A program made the translations under genes and the position numbers. From a virus (taxonomy: Duplodnaviria; Caudoviricetes), in IMG/VR virus record IMGVR_UViG_3300038400_000028, positions 1 to 54,299 of that record: 54,299 nucleotides of DNA; one strand, 5' to 3'. Below are positions 44,694 to 54,059 of this stretch, in pieces. Under the pieces are notes generated by a model that was given only the letters and a program-made list of their open reading frames with translations, ran no database searches and was not told the DNA's origin. Positions within the stretch are counted from its first letter, which is position 1; every line of letters starts with the position of its first letter.

Positions 44694-44774
44694 GCTGCAC
44701 CTCCTATACAGGTGTAGAGCCGCCGGATGTTAGCGCATCGCGGGCGGCATTACTTGTTGGCCTATTATACCACA
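44694..44774 (-). promoter_or_regulatory. TGTGGTATAAT promoter plus two-hairpin leader
   Basis: GCCGCCCGCGATG-CGCTAA-CATCCGGCGGC, then CTACACCT/AGGTGCAG over the RBS. Confidence 0.65.
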
Positions 44775-44823
44775 TTTAGCGCATTCTAATGCGGTAAAGT
44801 GATCGGTTTCGGAGTAATAAAAG

Positions 44824-45192
44824 ATGACAACTGACAGAATCAAGTGGGTTCTGATCGAAAACCAATGGGCAGGCAAGAGCGAGCCGAATTATTGGGTACA
44901 GCGTGAAGGCTATGACGAGCGCGAGGCCAGCGCCGACCTGGGCGCTGCGCCAGAGGCGCGTTACGGCGTACATCTGGAAGAGGATGGGGAAAACCTTATC
45001 GAGGTACTGAATCGGCACGACGGCTTACTTGCCTGTGCGGAGAAGGCTGAAGAACTTGCCTGTGCGGTAGCGGCCTACTTCAACAAGCGCGGGGTTAAGC
45101 ACTCGGAGCGCAAGGGCAATGAGGATATAGCCGCTATGGCCGATGCCTTGTCTGACTATGGCTATGCCGTCAATCTGGCGAACAAGGAGTAA
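44824..45192 (+). CDS. Hypothetical protein
   Basis: GGAG RBS. Confidence 0.6.
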   Translation: MTTDRIKWVLIENQWAGKSEPNYWVQREGYDEREASADLGAAPEARYGVHLEEDGENLIEVLNRHDGLLACAEKAEELACAVAAYFNKRGVKHSERKGNEDIAAMADALSDYGYAVNLANKE

Positions 45193-45193
45193 C

Positions 45194-45382
45194 ATGGCCG
45201 CCCGGCACATCCAGCTCAACGCCCTGATCGACGCCATTGCAGCCGCGATCCGCAGTGGCGGCGACGCCAGGTCAGCTGCAACCGCGACCGGCCTGCGCCG
45301 GGCCGTGTGGCAGACGCTGACGGAGCCACAGCAGGCGCGGGTGCTGGACGTGGCGCGGCGGCGGGCGAGCACAGTAAAATAG
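45194..45382 (+). CDS. Hypothetical protein
   Basis: AAGGAG RBS. Confidence 0.55.
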   Translation: MAARHIQLNALIDAIAAAIRSGGDARSAATATGLRRAVWQTLTEPQQARVLDVARRRASTVK

Positions 45383-45429
45383 CCTCGCTAAAGCCCCTAG
45401 GAAGCCCGAGGGGCATCTGGAGGTGACGC

Positions 45430-45852
45430 ATGCCTAACATCCACGCCGAAGATATGAATTACTGGAAGTCCGGCTCATCGGTGCCGGACACCTGGCTCGA
45501 CCGTGCGAAGAAAGAGATCAAAGCCGCTGGCGGGAAGGTCGTCAGCGAGGCATTCGGCAGCGATGCGACCGGCCGCGCCGCATATATGCTGGAATTTGCC
45601 TTTGCTGACGAGCGCTATCGCGTCGTTTGGCCAGTGCTGAGGAGCCGCACGAACAACGAGCGCGCCGCCCGTATTCAAGCCGCAACCTGCCTTTACCACG
45701 ACATCAAGGCCAAGTGTGTAAGCGCAAAAGTCCATGGACCTCGCGCAGCTTTCTTCCAGTATCTCGCCTTGCCCGATGGACGGACGGCGGCACAGCTCGC
45801 CGCGCCCGAACTGACCACGACATGGCCGAAGTTACTGACGAGTGGAGAATAG
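45430..45852 (+). CDS. Hypothetical protein
   Basis: GGAGGTG RBS; C-terminal AFFQYLALPDGRT. Confidence 0.7.
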   Translation: MPNIHAEDMNYWKSGSSVPDTWLDRAKKEIKAAGGKVVSEAFGSDATGRAAYMLEFAFADERYRVVWPVLRSRTNNERAARIQAATCLYHDIKAKCVSAKVHGPRAAFFQYLALPDGRTAAQLAAPELTTTWPKLLTSGE

Positions 45853-45854
45853 CT

Positions 45855-46394
45855 ATGGTGATCGGCTTCGACTTCGACGGAACCCTGGTCCAGACCTGGA
45901 CCGCGACGCCGCTGCCAGGCGTGCGCGAACGGCTGGCCGAGTTACCGGAAGGGACGAGAACCGCGATATGCACGAATCAGGCGGGGCCAGTGTGGCGGGC
46001 GATGACAAAAGAGGAGAAATACCCGACGTGCGAGGATGTCGCACAGCGGATCATTGCTGGTCTAGCGGCGCTTGATTGGCGGCCTGATTATCTCTTCGTC
46101 GCGACGCACCCCGGGCCGGACCAGCAAACATATGCCTGGGATATCGCGGCGCGAAATGCTATTACGCCGCTGTATGACCTTCTGGAACACGTCGCATGGT
46201 GTTCTGTTTCAGCACTGCTAGACGATCGGAAGCCGCGTCCGGGCATGCTGCTCTCGGCGGCGATGGAATGCGATTGTGTTCCTGACGAGATGCTCTACAT
46301 CGGCGACATGGCGACCGACCACCAGGCCGCCATCGCCGCCGGCTGCCGCTATCTCGACGCGGCTGTGTGGCGCGAGCGAGGGTTGGAGCTATGA
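45855..46394 (+). CDS. HAD-family phosphatase (PNKP/GmhB-like)
   Basis: DFDGTL, CTNQ, RKPRPGML, YIGD...D. Confidence 0.88.
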   Translation: MVIGFDFDGTLVQTWTATPLPGVRERLAELPEGTRTAICTNQAGPVWRAMTKEEKYPTCEDVAQRIIAGLAALDWRPDYLFVATHPGPDQQTYAWDIAARNAITPLYDLLEHVAWCSVSALLDDRKPRPGMLLSAAMECDCVPDEMLYIGDMATDHQAAIAAGCRYLDAAVWRERGLEL

Positions 46395-46798
46395 CCGACG
46401 ATGCCATCAACCGAATCACCCGCAAGTTCTTCGAGGGGCTGCGGGCCCGCTACCCCGGCCATCCCTGGCTCGTGACCCAGCGGGCCAAAGATCTGCTCGG
46501 CAGAGATGATGCGATGGTCTGGAATGAGCCGCGCCGCATTGACGAATGGTGGTGGATGGACGTGGAGTTTAAGGAGGGCGAGACGCTCATCCGTGGTGGG
46601 CGCGTTTCGTGGCTTCAGGACGGCAGCGGCTACTACACGATCAGCATGGACTATGCCAAAGAGGGCTGTAGCTTGTACTGCTGGCCATCGTTTCACGCGC
46701 TGGCTGATGCGCAGGAGTTCGTCGAGCGCCTGATGCTGATGTCGTTGGAGCAGGCGAGGCAAATCCACGGCCAGCAGTGGCCGAACGTGGTACTGTGA
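46391..46798 (+). CDS. Hypothetical protein
   Basis: ATGA coupling. Confidence 0.6.
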   Translation: MTDDAINRITRKFFEGLRARYPGHPWLVTQRAKDLLGRDDAMVWNEPRRIDEWWWMDVEFKEGETLIRGGRVSWLQDGSGYYTISMDYAKEGCSLYCWPSFHALADAQEFVERLMLMSLEQARQIHGQQWPNVVL

Positions 46799-47172
46799 TG
46801 AAGGCGCTCGACGAGCTGCTCATTGCCCATATCGCCGCTTGGTGGCGCGACACAGACAATCAAGACTTTGAGGAGCAGGTGAACGCGACCTACGCCGTTT
46901 ACCTGGCTGGCGGTGGCAATGATGAGCACTACAGCGCACGCTGGGCACCGCTGCGAGCTGTGTTTACGGGTCGCTTGCGACGAGCGATCAAGGCAGAGCA
47001 GGGCACGGGCTACTGGTACGTCAATGGCCATGTGCTCTACTTTGAGGCTGGCGAGCAAATGTGTCCTGAATGTAAAAAGCCGCACGATAATCTGTTCGCG
47101 CGCTGTGCGCCTTGCCAGGATGCGAAAAACTACCGCGACACGCTTGTCGTCGCGGCGAGAGGAAAGCTCTAA
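46798..47172 (+). CDS. Hypothetical protein with C-terminal CxxC pairs
   Basis: TGATG coupling; CPEC...CAPC. Confidence 0.6.
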   Translation: MKALDELLIAHIAAWWRDTDNQDFEEQVNATYAVYLAGGGNDEHYSARWAPLRAVFTGRLRRAIKAEQGTGYWYVNGHVLYFEAGEQMCPECKKPHDNLFARCAPCQDAKNYRDTLVVAARGKL

Positions 47173-47182
47173 GGAGGCTGTT

Positions 47183-47680
47183 ATGACTCACGCTATCCCC
47201 CGCGATCCCGTTACGCTGATGGCAGCGCGGATCGTTATCGGTCTGATGGCGCTGCTGGTCGTGCTGTCATTGCTGCCGCGCCAGGACGCACCGCTCGCGC
47301 CTATCGTGCGCGCCCAGGATATGGCGACGCCAATGGTCATTATCGTGACGCCGACTGCCCATGTTGGCCCCGAGCCGCCCGCACCTGCCCAGGCTCCAGC
47401 GGTAGAGGAGTCCGCGCCGACTGCGGCGCCAGTCGCTCCTGTCGCTGCCGCACCAGCAGCCGATCCGCCATCCCAGATCATCCACAGTGCCGATGGCTCG
47501 GTTTCGCTGCCGGGGAGCGAGGCGTGGATGGCGCCGCAGCCAGCGGCAACGAACGCCGATCCCGCGCTCCAGATCCAGCGCGATGCCGCTGCGGCATACC
47601 AGCAGCTGCCCGTCGCCCAGCCACCGAGTGCTGAGAATGCCCAGCCAGTGACGGTGCGCCGACCACACACCGGGAGGTAA
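47183..47680 (+). CDS. Membrane-anchored Pro/Ala-rich protein
   Basis: AAGGAGG RBS; N-terminal TM; IIVTPT motif. Confidence 0.7.
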   Translation: MTHAIPRDPVTLMAARIVIGLMALLVVLSLLPRQDAPLAPIVRAQDMATPMVIIVTPTAHVGPEPPAPAQAPAVEESAPTAAPVAPVAAAPAADPPSQIIHSADGSVSLPGSEAWMAPQPAATNADPALQIQRDAAAAYQQLPVAQPPSAENAQPVTVRRPHTGR

Positions 47681-47682
47681 GG

Positions 47683-48255
47683 ATGGCTCGCTCTAACGCT
47701 GTACTCGACACGCTCGACCTGGGCGACAATCTTCAGAAGGCGCTCGCGTCGGTCAGAGGGCTGCGTGGCGGCGAAGCGCGGGCGCTGGGCGTGTCATTAC
47801 TAGCTCTTGCCGCTGGCATGTTGCCCCTCGTCTGGTACTTCGATGTCCAGCCAACCGCCGACTGGATCGGCGCGGCATCGCCTGGCCTGATCGGCGCACT
47901 GCCGGGCGAACTGGCCTTGCTGGCGCCGGTGATCGGTATCGTGCTCTATCTCCTCCCGACGCTGTTCGAGGTGGCCTTGCCACGACTGGCGGCGGCCGGC
48001 TTTCGCTTCGCCGAAATCCTGGCCTATGGCGCGTCCGTCTTCGACGCAACGACCGACTGGCCGCGTGTGGCGCAGGTCATGGACATGGCCCGCCCGCGCT
48101 TCGTGACGTTCGGTATTGTGGCGACGCCGGTCTGGTATGTCGCGCGCTTCCTGCTATTGGCATTTGCAACGATTGGGTTCGAGCTGGTGTTTGCGATCTG
48201 CCTGATCTGCGGCCTAGCGCTGCTCTCCAACAGTTTCCGAAAGGCGGTGCCATGA
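47683..48255 (+). CDS. Multi-pass membrane protein
   Basis: About four hydrophobic segments. Confidence 0.7.
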   Translation: MARSNAVLDTLDLGDNLQKALASVRGLRGGEARALGVSLLALAAGMLPLVWYFDVQPTADWIGAASPGLIGALPGELALLAPVIGIVLYLLPTLFEVALPRLAAAGFRFAEILAYGASVFDATTDWPRVAQVMDMARPRFVTFGIVATPVWYVARFLLLAFATIGFELVFAICLICGLALLSNSFRKAVP

Positions 48256-48824
48256 ACGAGAGCAGACTAGCTTATCTGATCGACCTTCTGTTTCTCCTGC
48301 TGGCACCACTCCACCCGGCACTGATCATGCTCGCCGTCGTGCAGTACGTTGTCAGACGATCGGCCTGGCTCTGCGGCGGGCTGCTAGCACTCTTCGGGCA
48401 GGACGAGGTGACGGCGTTGGCGCTCGTGCTGTTGCCGGGAGCAGTGGTGTATCTGCCGGATACGGAGGGGCCTGTCAATAGTTATGTCGCACCCGGCACT
48501 GGTTCTGCGGGCGATCAAACTGGTGCTAGCACTGGTTCTGTCCAAACGGTTCCACCGCAGCAGCGTCAGCTAGAACCGGCATTGGTTCCAAGTTTTGAGG
48601 CCGTGATCGAGTACCTCAAACAACATAATCTGACTGACGAACAGGCGATCGATATGCTCGCGCTGATGCGCCGCGACGCGGGCGATTTGCTGTCGGCCAA
48701 CAAGATTAGGGATGTCGTCGGCGGGAACGAGGCCGCAGTCAAGGCCCGCGTCGCAGCCTGGCGCAGCACACCGCAGCCGCAGCGCACGCAAGGCCGTGTA
48801 CCACGTCCGCACGGCGGATGGTGA
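48252..48824 (+). CDS. Membrane protein with C-terminal HTH-like domain
   Basis: N-terminal TMs; LSANKIRDVVGGN. Confidence 0.65.
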   Translation: MNESRLAYLIDLLFLLLAPLHPALIMLAVVQYVVRRSAWLCGGLLALFGQDEVTALALVLLPGAVVYLPDTEGPVNSYVAPGTGSAGDQTGASTGSVQTVPPQQRQLEPALVPSFEAVIEYLKQHNLTDEQAIDMLALMRRDAGDLLSANKIRDVVGGNEAAVKARVAAWRSTPQPQRTQGRVPRPHGGW

Positions 48825-48830
48825 TAACCA

Positions 48831-48884
48831 CACGGCAATTGCCGTGAAGCGGGCAAGCAAAATCGCACGGCAATTGCCGTGAAG
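48831..48884. repeat. Two perfect 16-bp palindromes CACGGCAATTGCCGTG (parC/operator-like)
   Basis: 48831-48846 and 48866-48881, each followed by AAG. Confidence 0.85.
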
Positions 48885-48896
48885 AAAGGAATTGAC

Positions 48897-49931
48897 ATGA
48901 CAACGATCGTCGGCTTCGATCCTGGCAACAGTGAGGCGACCTTGATCGCTAGCAAGAACGCATGCACCATCCCGAGCTACACCGGCTCGGGCAGCCTCAA
49001 CGAGCTGCGGCGCATTCGCGGCGGCGCCGGCAGGGATGGTTTGGAGCAGGGCGAGTATGTGTTGGAGTGCGACGGCCGCTCGCTGTTCGTCGGCGCGCTG
49101 GCACTGGAACAGACCCGCGACGCCACCTCGGCGCGCGGTGATGTCTCGCGTTACTGGAACGGCCACACCCGCCGGCTTCTGCTCACGCTGGCAGCTGCTG
49201 CGCTGCCTCGCGCCGAGACGAGCATCCGCGTCGTGACCGGCTTGCCGGTCCAGGTGTGGAGCAAAGAGACGGTCAAGCAAGTACAGCAGTCGCTGGTCGG
49301 CGAGCATCATTTTACGCTGAATGGCAGGGCGCGCGGACTGACGGTCGAGGGTTGTTTGGTGATGATGGAGGGGGCTGGCGCGCTGGCCGCGCACGGCCTG
49401 GGCACCGATGTGCCGCAGGCGGTCATCGACGTGGGCGGGCGAACAACCGATCTCTTCTGGGCCCAGGGTCAGAAGCCGGATATCTCACGCTGTGACGGGC
49501 TGCCCGTTGGTATCGAGAAAGCGGGCGATCAGCTGAGTGCCGCGGTGCTGCTGGAGTACGGCCGCACGCTCCGGCGCAACGAGGTGCGCGCCCAGCTCCG
49601 CGCGTATGCGGCCAGCAGCACCGCGCCACCGTTGTTCGCCGACGGCCGGCAACTACGCCTGAACGGCCATGTCGCCTCGGCGATCGACGCTGTAGCGGAC
49701 GAGATCGCTACGTTCGTCGCGCGGACCTGGGGCGAGGGCGAGCGTGGCAAGGTCGCCGGCGAGGCTGCCCGCGTGCTGCTGATCGGCGGCGGCGCCTATT
49801 ATGTAACACGCCAACTCCAGCACCTGATCGCGCATCTCGACGTACCGCGCCATCCCGAGCTCGCGAACTCCCAGGGCTACTTCGCGGTCGGGCAGCAGAT
49901 CCCTGATGCCGCTTGGAGCAAGCTACGATGA
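48897..49931 (+). CDS. ParM/StbA-family actin-like ATPase
   Basis: GFDPGN, VVTGLP, MEGAGA, VIDVGGRTTD, LIGGGA. Confidence 0.9.
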   Translation: MTTIVGFDPGNSEATLIASKNACTIPSYTGSGSLNELRRIRGGAGRDGLEQGEYVLECDGRSLFVGALALEQTRDATSARGDVSRYWNGHTRRLLLTLAAAALPRAETSIRVVTGLPVQVWSKETVKQVQQSLVGEHHFTLNGRARGLTVEGCLVMMEGAGALAAHGLGTDVPQAVIDVGGRTTDLFWAQGQKPDISRCDGLPVGIEKAGDQLSAAVLLEYGRTLRRNEVRAQLRAYAASSTAPPLFADGRQLRLNGHVASAIDAVADEIATFVARTWGEGERGKVAGEAARVLLIGGGAYYVTRQLQHLIAHLDVPRHPELANSQGYFAVGQQIPDAAWSKLR

Positions 49932-50212
49932 GCCAGCGGGCGCCCATCCATCGTATCGATATCAACGGCCAGTTTCGCGCCGACGATCCGGCGCTGGCCG
50001 AGCTACTCGCCGAGGCCGCTGCGCGCGGTGTTTCGGTGCAACAGCACATCTACGATCTGCTGCGGGCCCGCTACCTGGCGCGGCGCGGCCAGTCGCTCGA
50101 CGCACTGCTCTGGACGCCGTGTGGTGTGGCGCCTGCGATGCCCGAGCCGCCAGCGCCAGCTACGGCCGCCAGCGCAGCAGCCGCGGCCTGGCTCGACCTG
50201 GCTGACCCATAG
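49928..50212 (+). CDS. Putative ParR-like DNA-binding adaptor
   Basis: ATGA-coupled to ParM; beta-helix-helix pattern. Confidence 0.55.
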   Translation: MSQRAPIHRIDINGQFRADDPALAELLAEAAARGVSVQQHIYDLLRARYLARRGQSLDALLWTPCGVAPAMPEPPAPATAASAAAAAWLDLADP

Positions 50213-50230
50213 CCTCCCCTCTCCCCCGAA

Positions 50231-50259
50231 GCCCCGCCCCGCCCAGCGCGGGGCTTTAT
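50231..50259 (+). terminator. Intrinsic terminator
   Basis: GCCCCGC...GCGGGGC-TTTAT. Confidence 0.6.
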
Positions 50260-50304
50260 CGTTGGATGACGATAATATGTTTCCTGGATTGTCGAGATAG
50301 CAGT

Positions 50305-50337
50305 TTGACAATCTCCTAATTCCGTGTATAATTAGGA
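50305..50337 (+). promoter_or_regulatory. Consensus promoter with an inverted-repeat operator
   Basis: TTGACA-16 nt-TATAAT; TCCTAATT/AATTAGGA. Confidence 0.8.
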
Positions 50338-50373
50338 CATAGGCAATAGTAAGCGATACGAAAGGTGACGACA

Positions 50374-50751
50374 ATGGGTATTCACCCGATGGCACAAAGC
50401 AACGTTGCTGATGCGCTAAACACACGGGTAGCACAGGCGATGCGGGTATTCCACATAAACGCACGTGATGCTATCCTCCAAGTCGCCAATGCGAGCGATG
50501 GACTACGGCTTGTTGATCAGACTGACCCGGCAGACACAGATAGCAGAGAAGTGCGGTTGTATGCACAATTAGACTCACCGCTATGTGTCAATGCCTGGCT
50601 TGTATCGCCAAATGCCGATGCAACGAGTATTACCGATCCTGATGTGTTCTTGCGCGCCGGCATAGGGTTCGACACACAGGAGTTGGATTGGGGATGGCAC
50701 GTTGACGATCGACCTGATTATATCGATGACGAAGGTAGAGAATGGCTGTAA
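50374..50751 (+). CDS. Acidic hypothetical protein (candidate anti-defence)
   Basis: First gene after a strong promoter; Asp-rich; lower GC. Confidence 0.65.
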   Translation: MGIHPMAQSNVADALNTRVAQAMRVFHINARDAILQVANASDGLRLVDQTDPADTDSREVRLYAQLDSPLCVNAWLVSPNADATSITDPDVFLRAGIGFDTQELDWGWHVDDRPDYIDDEGREWL

Positions 50752-50987
50752 AAACTAAACGCGGCAGCAACCGGCAAAAAGGGGCGCCCGCCCTCCCTGG
50801 GGCTGGGCGCCCCGCGACGAAGGCAGTAATCGAAAATGGATCAGGACTGATGCTCACACACGTCTACCCCGAAGGCACGGCCGATCTGGGGAAGGGCATC
50901 GCGTCGATCGAGTCAGTCGGGCGTAGCCGGCTGATCAAGATCCCCCAGTCAGACGGCAGCGAAATCCGCATCCTGCTGGTGAAATAG
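50742..50987 (+). CDS. Small protein with basic GAGRP (AT-hook-like) N-terminus
   Basis: KTKRGSNRQKG..PGAGRP. Confidence 0.6.
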   Translation: MAVKTKRGSNRQKGAPALPGAGRPATKAVIENGSGLMLTHVYPEGTADLGKGIASIESVGRSRLIKIPQSDGSEIRILLVK

Positions 50988-50990
50988 TTT

Positions 50991-51491
50991 ATGAAGGAAG
51001 AGTTACGCCGCGCCCTCCTCGCCGCCCTTGGCCCGCGTCCGAGTGCCGCGCATCGCCGCGAGCTCGCCACACTCCTCCGGCAGCTGGCCGACGAGCAGGA
51101 GCAGATCGCGGAGGCTGACACGCGCAGCGGCCATGTCGTTCGGCGGTCCCAAATCCAGGCCGAGGCCGCGCGCCAGAAAACCGGGCGGCCAAAGGGCAGC
51201 GGCGCGCGGTTCGTGCGCGTGGAGCCACGCGCGACCGGCTTCGGGGCCTACGTCCATGTCGGGCGTGCGCTCTGGCAGGAGCTGGGCGAGCCGGCGCGTA
51301 TGGATATCCAGCGGCTCGGTGCTGCCGTGCGCCTGACTCCGTGCGGCGACGGCGCTGGCTATCGCTTCACCCGCGGTCCGAACGGCATGCCAAAATGCAC
51401 GATCGGCCAAGACGCGCTCGACGCGCTGGGCCTTATTGAGCGGCGGTACGACGCCAGGATCGAAGCCGGCGCGATTGTGTTCGAGGTTTAA
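50991..51491 (+). CDS. Hypothetical basic protein
   Basis: KTGRPKGS motif; last plus-strand gene of the arm. Confidence 0.6.
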   Translation: MKEELRRALLAALGPRPSAAHRRELATLLRQLADEQEQIAEADTRSGHVVRRSQIQAEAARQKTGRPKGSGARFVRVEPRATGFGAYVHVGRALWQELGEPARMDIQRLGAAVRLTPCGDGAGYRFTRGPNGMPKCTIGQDALDALGLIERRYDARIEAGAIVFEV

Positions 51492-51970
51492 TCATGCTTC
51501 CCCGCCGCAGCCACGAGATCAGTCGCCAAGGCGCGTACCGCGTCGATCGCCGCCTTGGCGATGTTCGTCGCGGCAACCGCCTGGTCACGCGCGGGCTGGT
51601 CCGCCGCTTGGAGGGGCACGCGCCCCGGAACGGCATCGACGAACGTGTAGACGTGGACGACATTGCTGTTGCCAGGCCCGCCAGGCGTGCCGGCCTCGGT
51701 CACGATCAGCTCGACCGTTTGCTTATCGGGTGTCTTGCCTGGCCGGAGCCGTGCGAAGCCTGCCGATGTTTTTGCGCTCAGGTCGTCGCGGCCGATCAGT
51801 ACGGGGTTGGCCCAGTTGCTTTCTGTCATGTAGACCGCGGCGTACTCCACGTCGTCGGACTGTGGCGTTTTCTGGTGGACGACGGTCAGCAGCAGGTGTC
51901 CCGCTGCGTCACCGACATCGACAACGACGGGCAGGTTGGGGAAGTCGTCGGGAAGCTGGAGGGCGATCAT
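51488..51970 (-). CDS. Hypothetical protein (end of the late operon)
   Basis: AAGGAG RBS after the tail gene. Confidence 0.6.
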   Translation of the reverse strand: MIALQLPDDFPNLPVVVDVGDAAGHLLLTVVHQKTPQSDDVEYAAVYMTESNWANPVLIGRDDLSAKTSAGFARLRPGKTPDKQTVELIVTEAGTPGGPGNSNVVHVYTFVDAVPGRVPLQAADQPARDQAVAATNIAKAAIDAVRALATDLVAAAGKHD

Positions 51971-51980
51971 GATGGCTCCT

Positions 51981-53741
51981 TTAACTAACGCCAATTGCCA
52001 GCCGGCTCAGGAAGAAATCCAGCGCCGGTCGGGGCACATCCGGCTCGACCTCGATCGTGTCGTCATCGGCCTTGTAGCTGGTATGCTTAATACGAAAACT
52101 CCGGATCTGGTCGATGGTCGTCGCGAGCGACGGCGGCAGGTTGCGAATGACGATCGTATCGTTCGCCGCGATCTCGGCGAGCAGGTGCTGCGCGCCGTAG
52201 GCGTCGAACACGCGCGTGAAGGTGACGCCTGCCCGCGGTGCTGGATCGGCCATGTCGGTCAGCGCCGTGCCGCGAATCGTCTGCGCCAGCGTCGCGTTCG
52301 TTGTATCGGCTGTGACTGCCTGCCGACGCGTGATGCCATAGCGGTTGACGTTACTCGTCGAGGCGCTCGCCGCCGTACGCAGGGTACGGCCGTTAGCATC
52401 CTGGTAGTTTGCGTATACACTGTTGCGCAGGCTTTCCAGACTGCGCTCCACATCAATATCCAGCGCGTCTACATACCACGTCTGACCAGCGCTCCCCTCG
52501 GCCCGAAAGAAGAGCATCGGCGTGTCACCGATGACATCGGCGCCCACTTCCCAGCGCTGGCCTGCCGTGTCGCCTTTTTCGGCGAGGTCAATCAGCGCCT
52601 GCTGCATATCGGCATCCTCATAGATCGCATCAGTCAGGTCGAGGCCAGGTGATTGGATCAGGAAGGCGCTGTTACTCAACTGTGTGGCATTCGTCGCGTT
52701 GACCGTGGTCGCCATGTCTTTCGCGATTTCGTCGCCGTAGATCACGTGTGCCGTCACCGTGTCAGCGGCCAGGTGTGCGAAGACAAACACTGCCGTGAAG
52801 GTAGTTGTCGTAATGGCCGTCACAACTACGCTCTCGGCGACTGTGGCGCTTCCTTGAGCGATGTGCAGACGCTGGCCGACATAGATCCGGGCCATACTCC
52901 CTGGCGTCACCGTGCGTGTGCCAGCTGCGATGGCAGTGCCGAGGGTGGTGCTAATGCGGTTTGTGGTCGCGGTGACGAGGCGCAGGTTCGTTATTTTGAG
53001 GTAGGTATCTCCTGTTTCACCGCCGTAGACTGCCGCCACCGCATTGAAGTCCATGAAAAAGTTGACCACTTTCGCGGCGGCAAAGGTCACGTTGATCGAC
53101 CCCACCGTTGTACCCGCACCAGCCGATGTGATGAGCCATGGGTTGGCAATGCCCGAGAAGTCCGCGTTTCTGGTCTGAAACGCCGCGCGCCAGTTCGCGG
53201 CCGGGGCAACGAACGTGAAATCGAACGATACGCCGATGATGTCGCGCGTACTCTGGTCGGGCAGGAGCAGGCCGATCAGCGCATCGCCAGCGGTCGTGCC
53301 CTGTGTGCTGTTTTTCTGCGGTGCGATATAGATATGGTTTTGGATATCGAAAGCGAATCGATCGGGGATGACTCCTGCGAGATCGTCGGTCGTGAACGGT
53401 CGAAAATCCGTAATGCTGGTCGTGCTCCAGAGGGCGGTATAGGGGAGGTCGGACAAGGCACGCCAGGGACCGAGTGCCTGGAACGCGACCGACCCATCCT
53501 GAATGCGCCGATCTTCCAGGCGACCCGTGAAGAGATCCAATCCACTCCAATATGCGCGTAGCCAGGGTGTGCCGTTCGGATCCCAGAACGCGAACGCATC
53601 GGCCAGGCCAAGCCGCACCTCGTAAGAGAGCTTTTCGGCGCCGTGTTCGTTCGTCGTGATTTCGAGATCCTCGGCGCGCACCGCATGATCGGCGAGGAGC
53701 GTGCCGCCGGGCGTGTCGAAGATACCGAGTCCGATGGCCAT
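51981..53741 (-). CDS. Tail tip/baseplate hub-like protein with an inserted beta-rich domain
   Basis: LFTGRLED N-terminus, SVNRYG-like C-terminus, Thr-rich insert; follows the Dit-like gene. Confidence 0.75.
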   Translation of the reverse strand: MAIGLGIFDTPGGTLLADHAVRAEDLEITTNEHGAEKLSYEVRLGLADAFAFWDPNGTPWLRAYWSGLDLFTGRLEDRRIQDGSVAFQALGPWRALSDLPYTALWSTTSITDFRPFTTDDLAGVIPDRFAFDIQNHIYIAPQKNSTQGTTAGDALIGLLLPDQSTRDIIGVSFDFTFVAPAANWRAAFQTRNADFSGIANPWLITSAGAGTTVGSINVTFAAAKVVNFFMDFNAVAAVYGGETGDTYLKITNLRLVTATTNRISTTLGTAIAAGTRTVTPGSMARIYVGQRLHIAQGSATVAESVVVTAITTTTFTAVFVFAHLAADTVTAHVIYGDEIAKDMATTVNATNATQLSNSAFLIQSPGLDLTDAIYEDADMQQALIDLAEKGDTAGQRWEVGADVIGDTPMLFFRAEGSAGQTWYVDALDIDVERSLESLRNSVYANYQDANGRTLRTAASASTSNVNRYGITRRQAVTADTTNATLAQTIRGTALTDMADPAPRAGVTFTRVFDAYGAQHLLAEIAANDTIVIRNLPPSLATTIDQIRSFRIKHTSYKADDDTIEVEPDVPRPALDFFLSRLAIGVS

Positions 53742-53786
53742 GATTATTGACCTCTATGGTACACTATGGACAAAAGGAGAGGTGAC

Positions 53787-54059
53787 ATGTTGCGCTACTT
53801 TCTTGCTACAACGGTTATCCTGGCCGCCTTACTTGCGCATGTTCAACCTGTTACCCCGATATACCAAGTTGAAACGCCAGTGCCCACGCTGCCCTTTGTG
53901 TGGACGCCTGCGCCAACGACACCCGGACCAGATCAGGGCCCGCCTCCGACATTGCCGATTGTTGCCACACCCTTGCCAGTCACACCATCGCCCGGTCCTT
54001 GCGATCTCTGCGATCCGCCGATCAGGGGCTGGATTTATCTGCCGTTCGTGCGTCGCTAG
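53787..54059 (+). CDS. Secreted Pro/Thr-rich protein with a Chloroflexota-type YLP C-terminal motif
   Basis: Signal peptide, PT repeats, ends IYLPFVRR; antisense insertion between tail genes. Confidence 0.7.
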   Translation: MLRYFLATTVILAALLAHVQPVTPIYQVETPVPTLPFVWTPAPTTPGPDQGPPPTLPIVATPLPVTPSPGPCDLCDPPIRGWIYLPFVRR

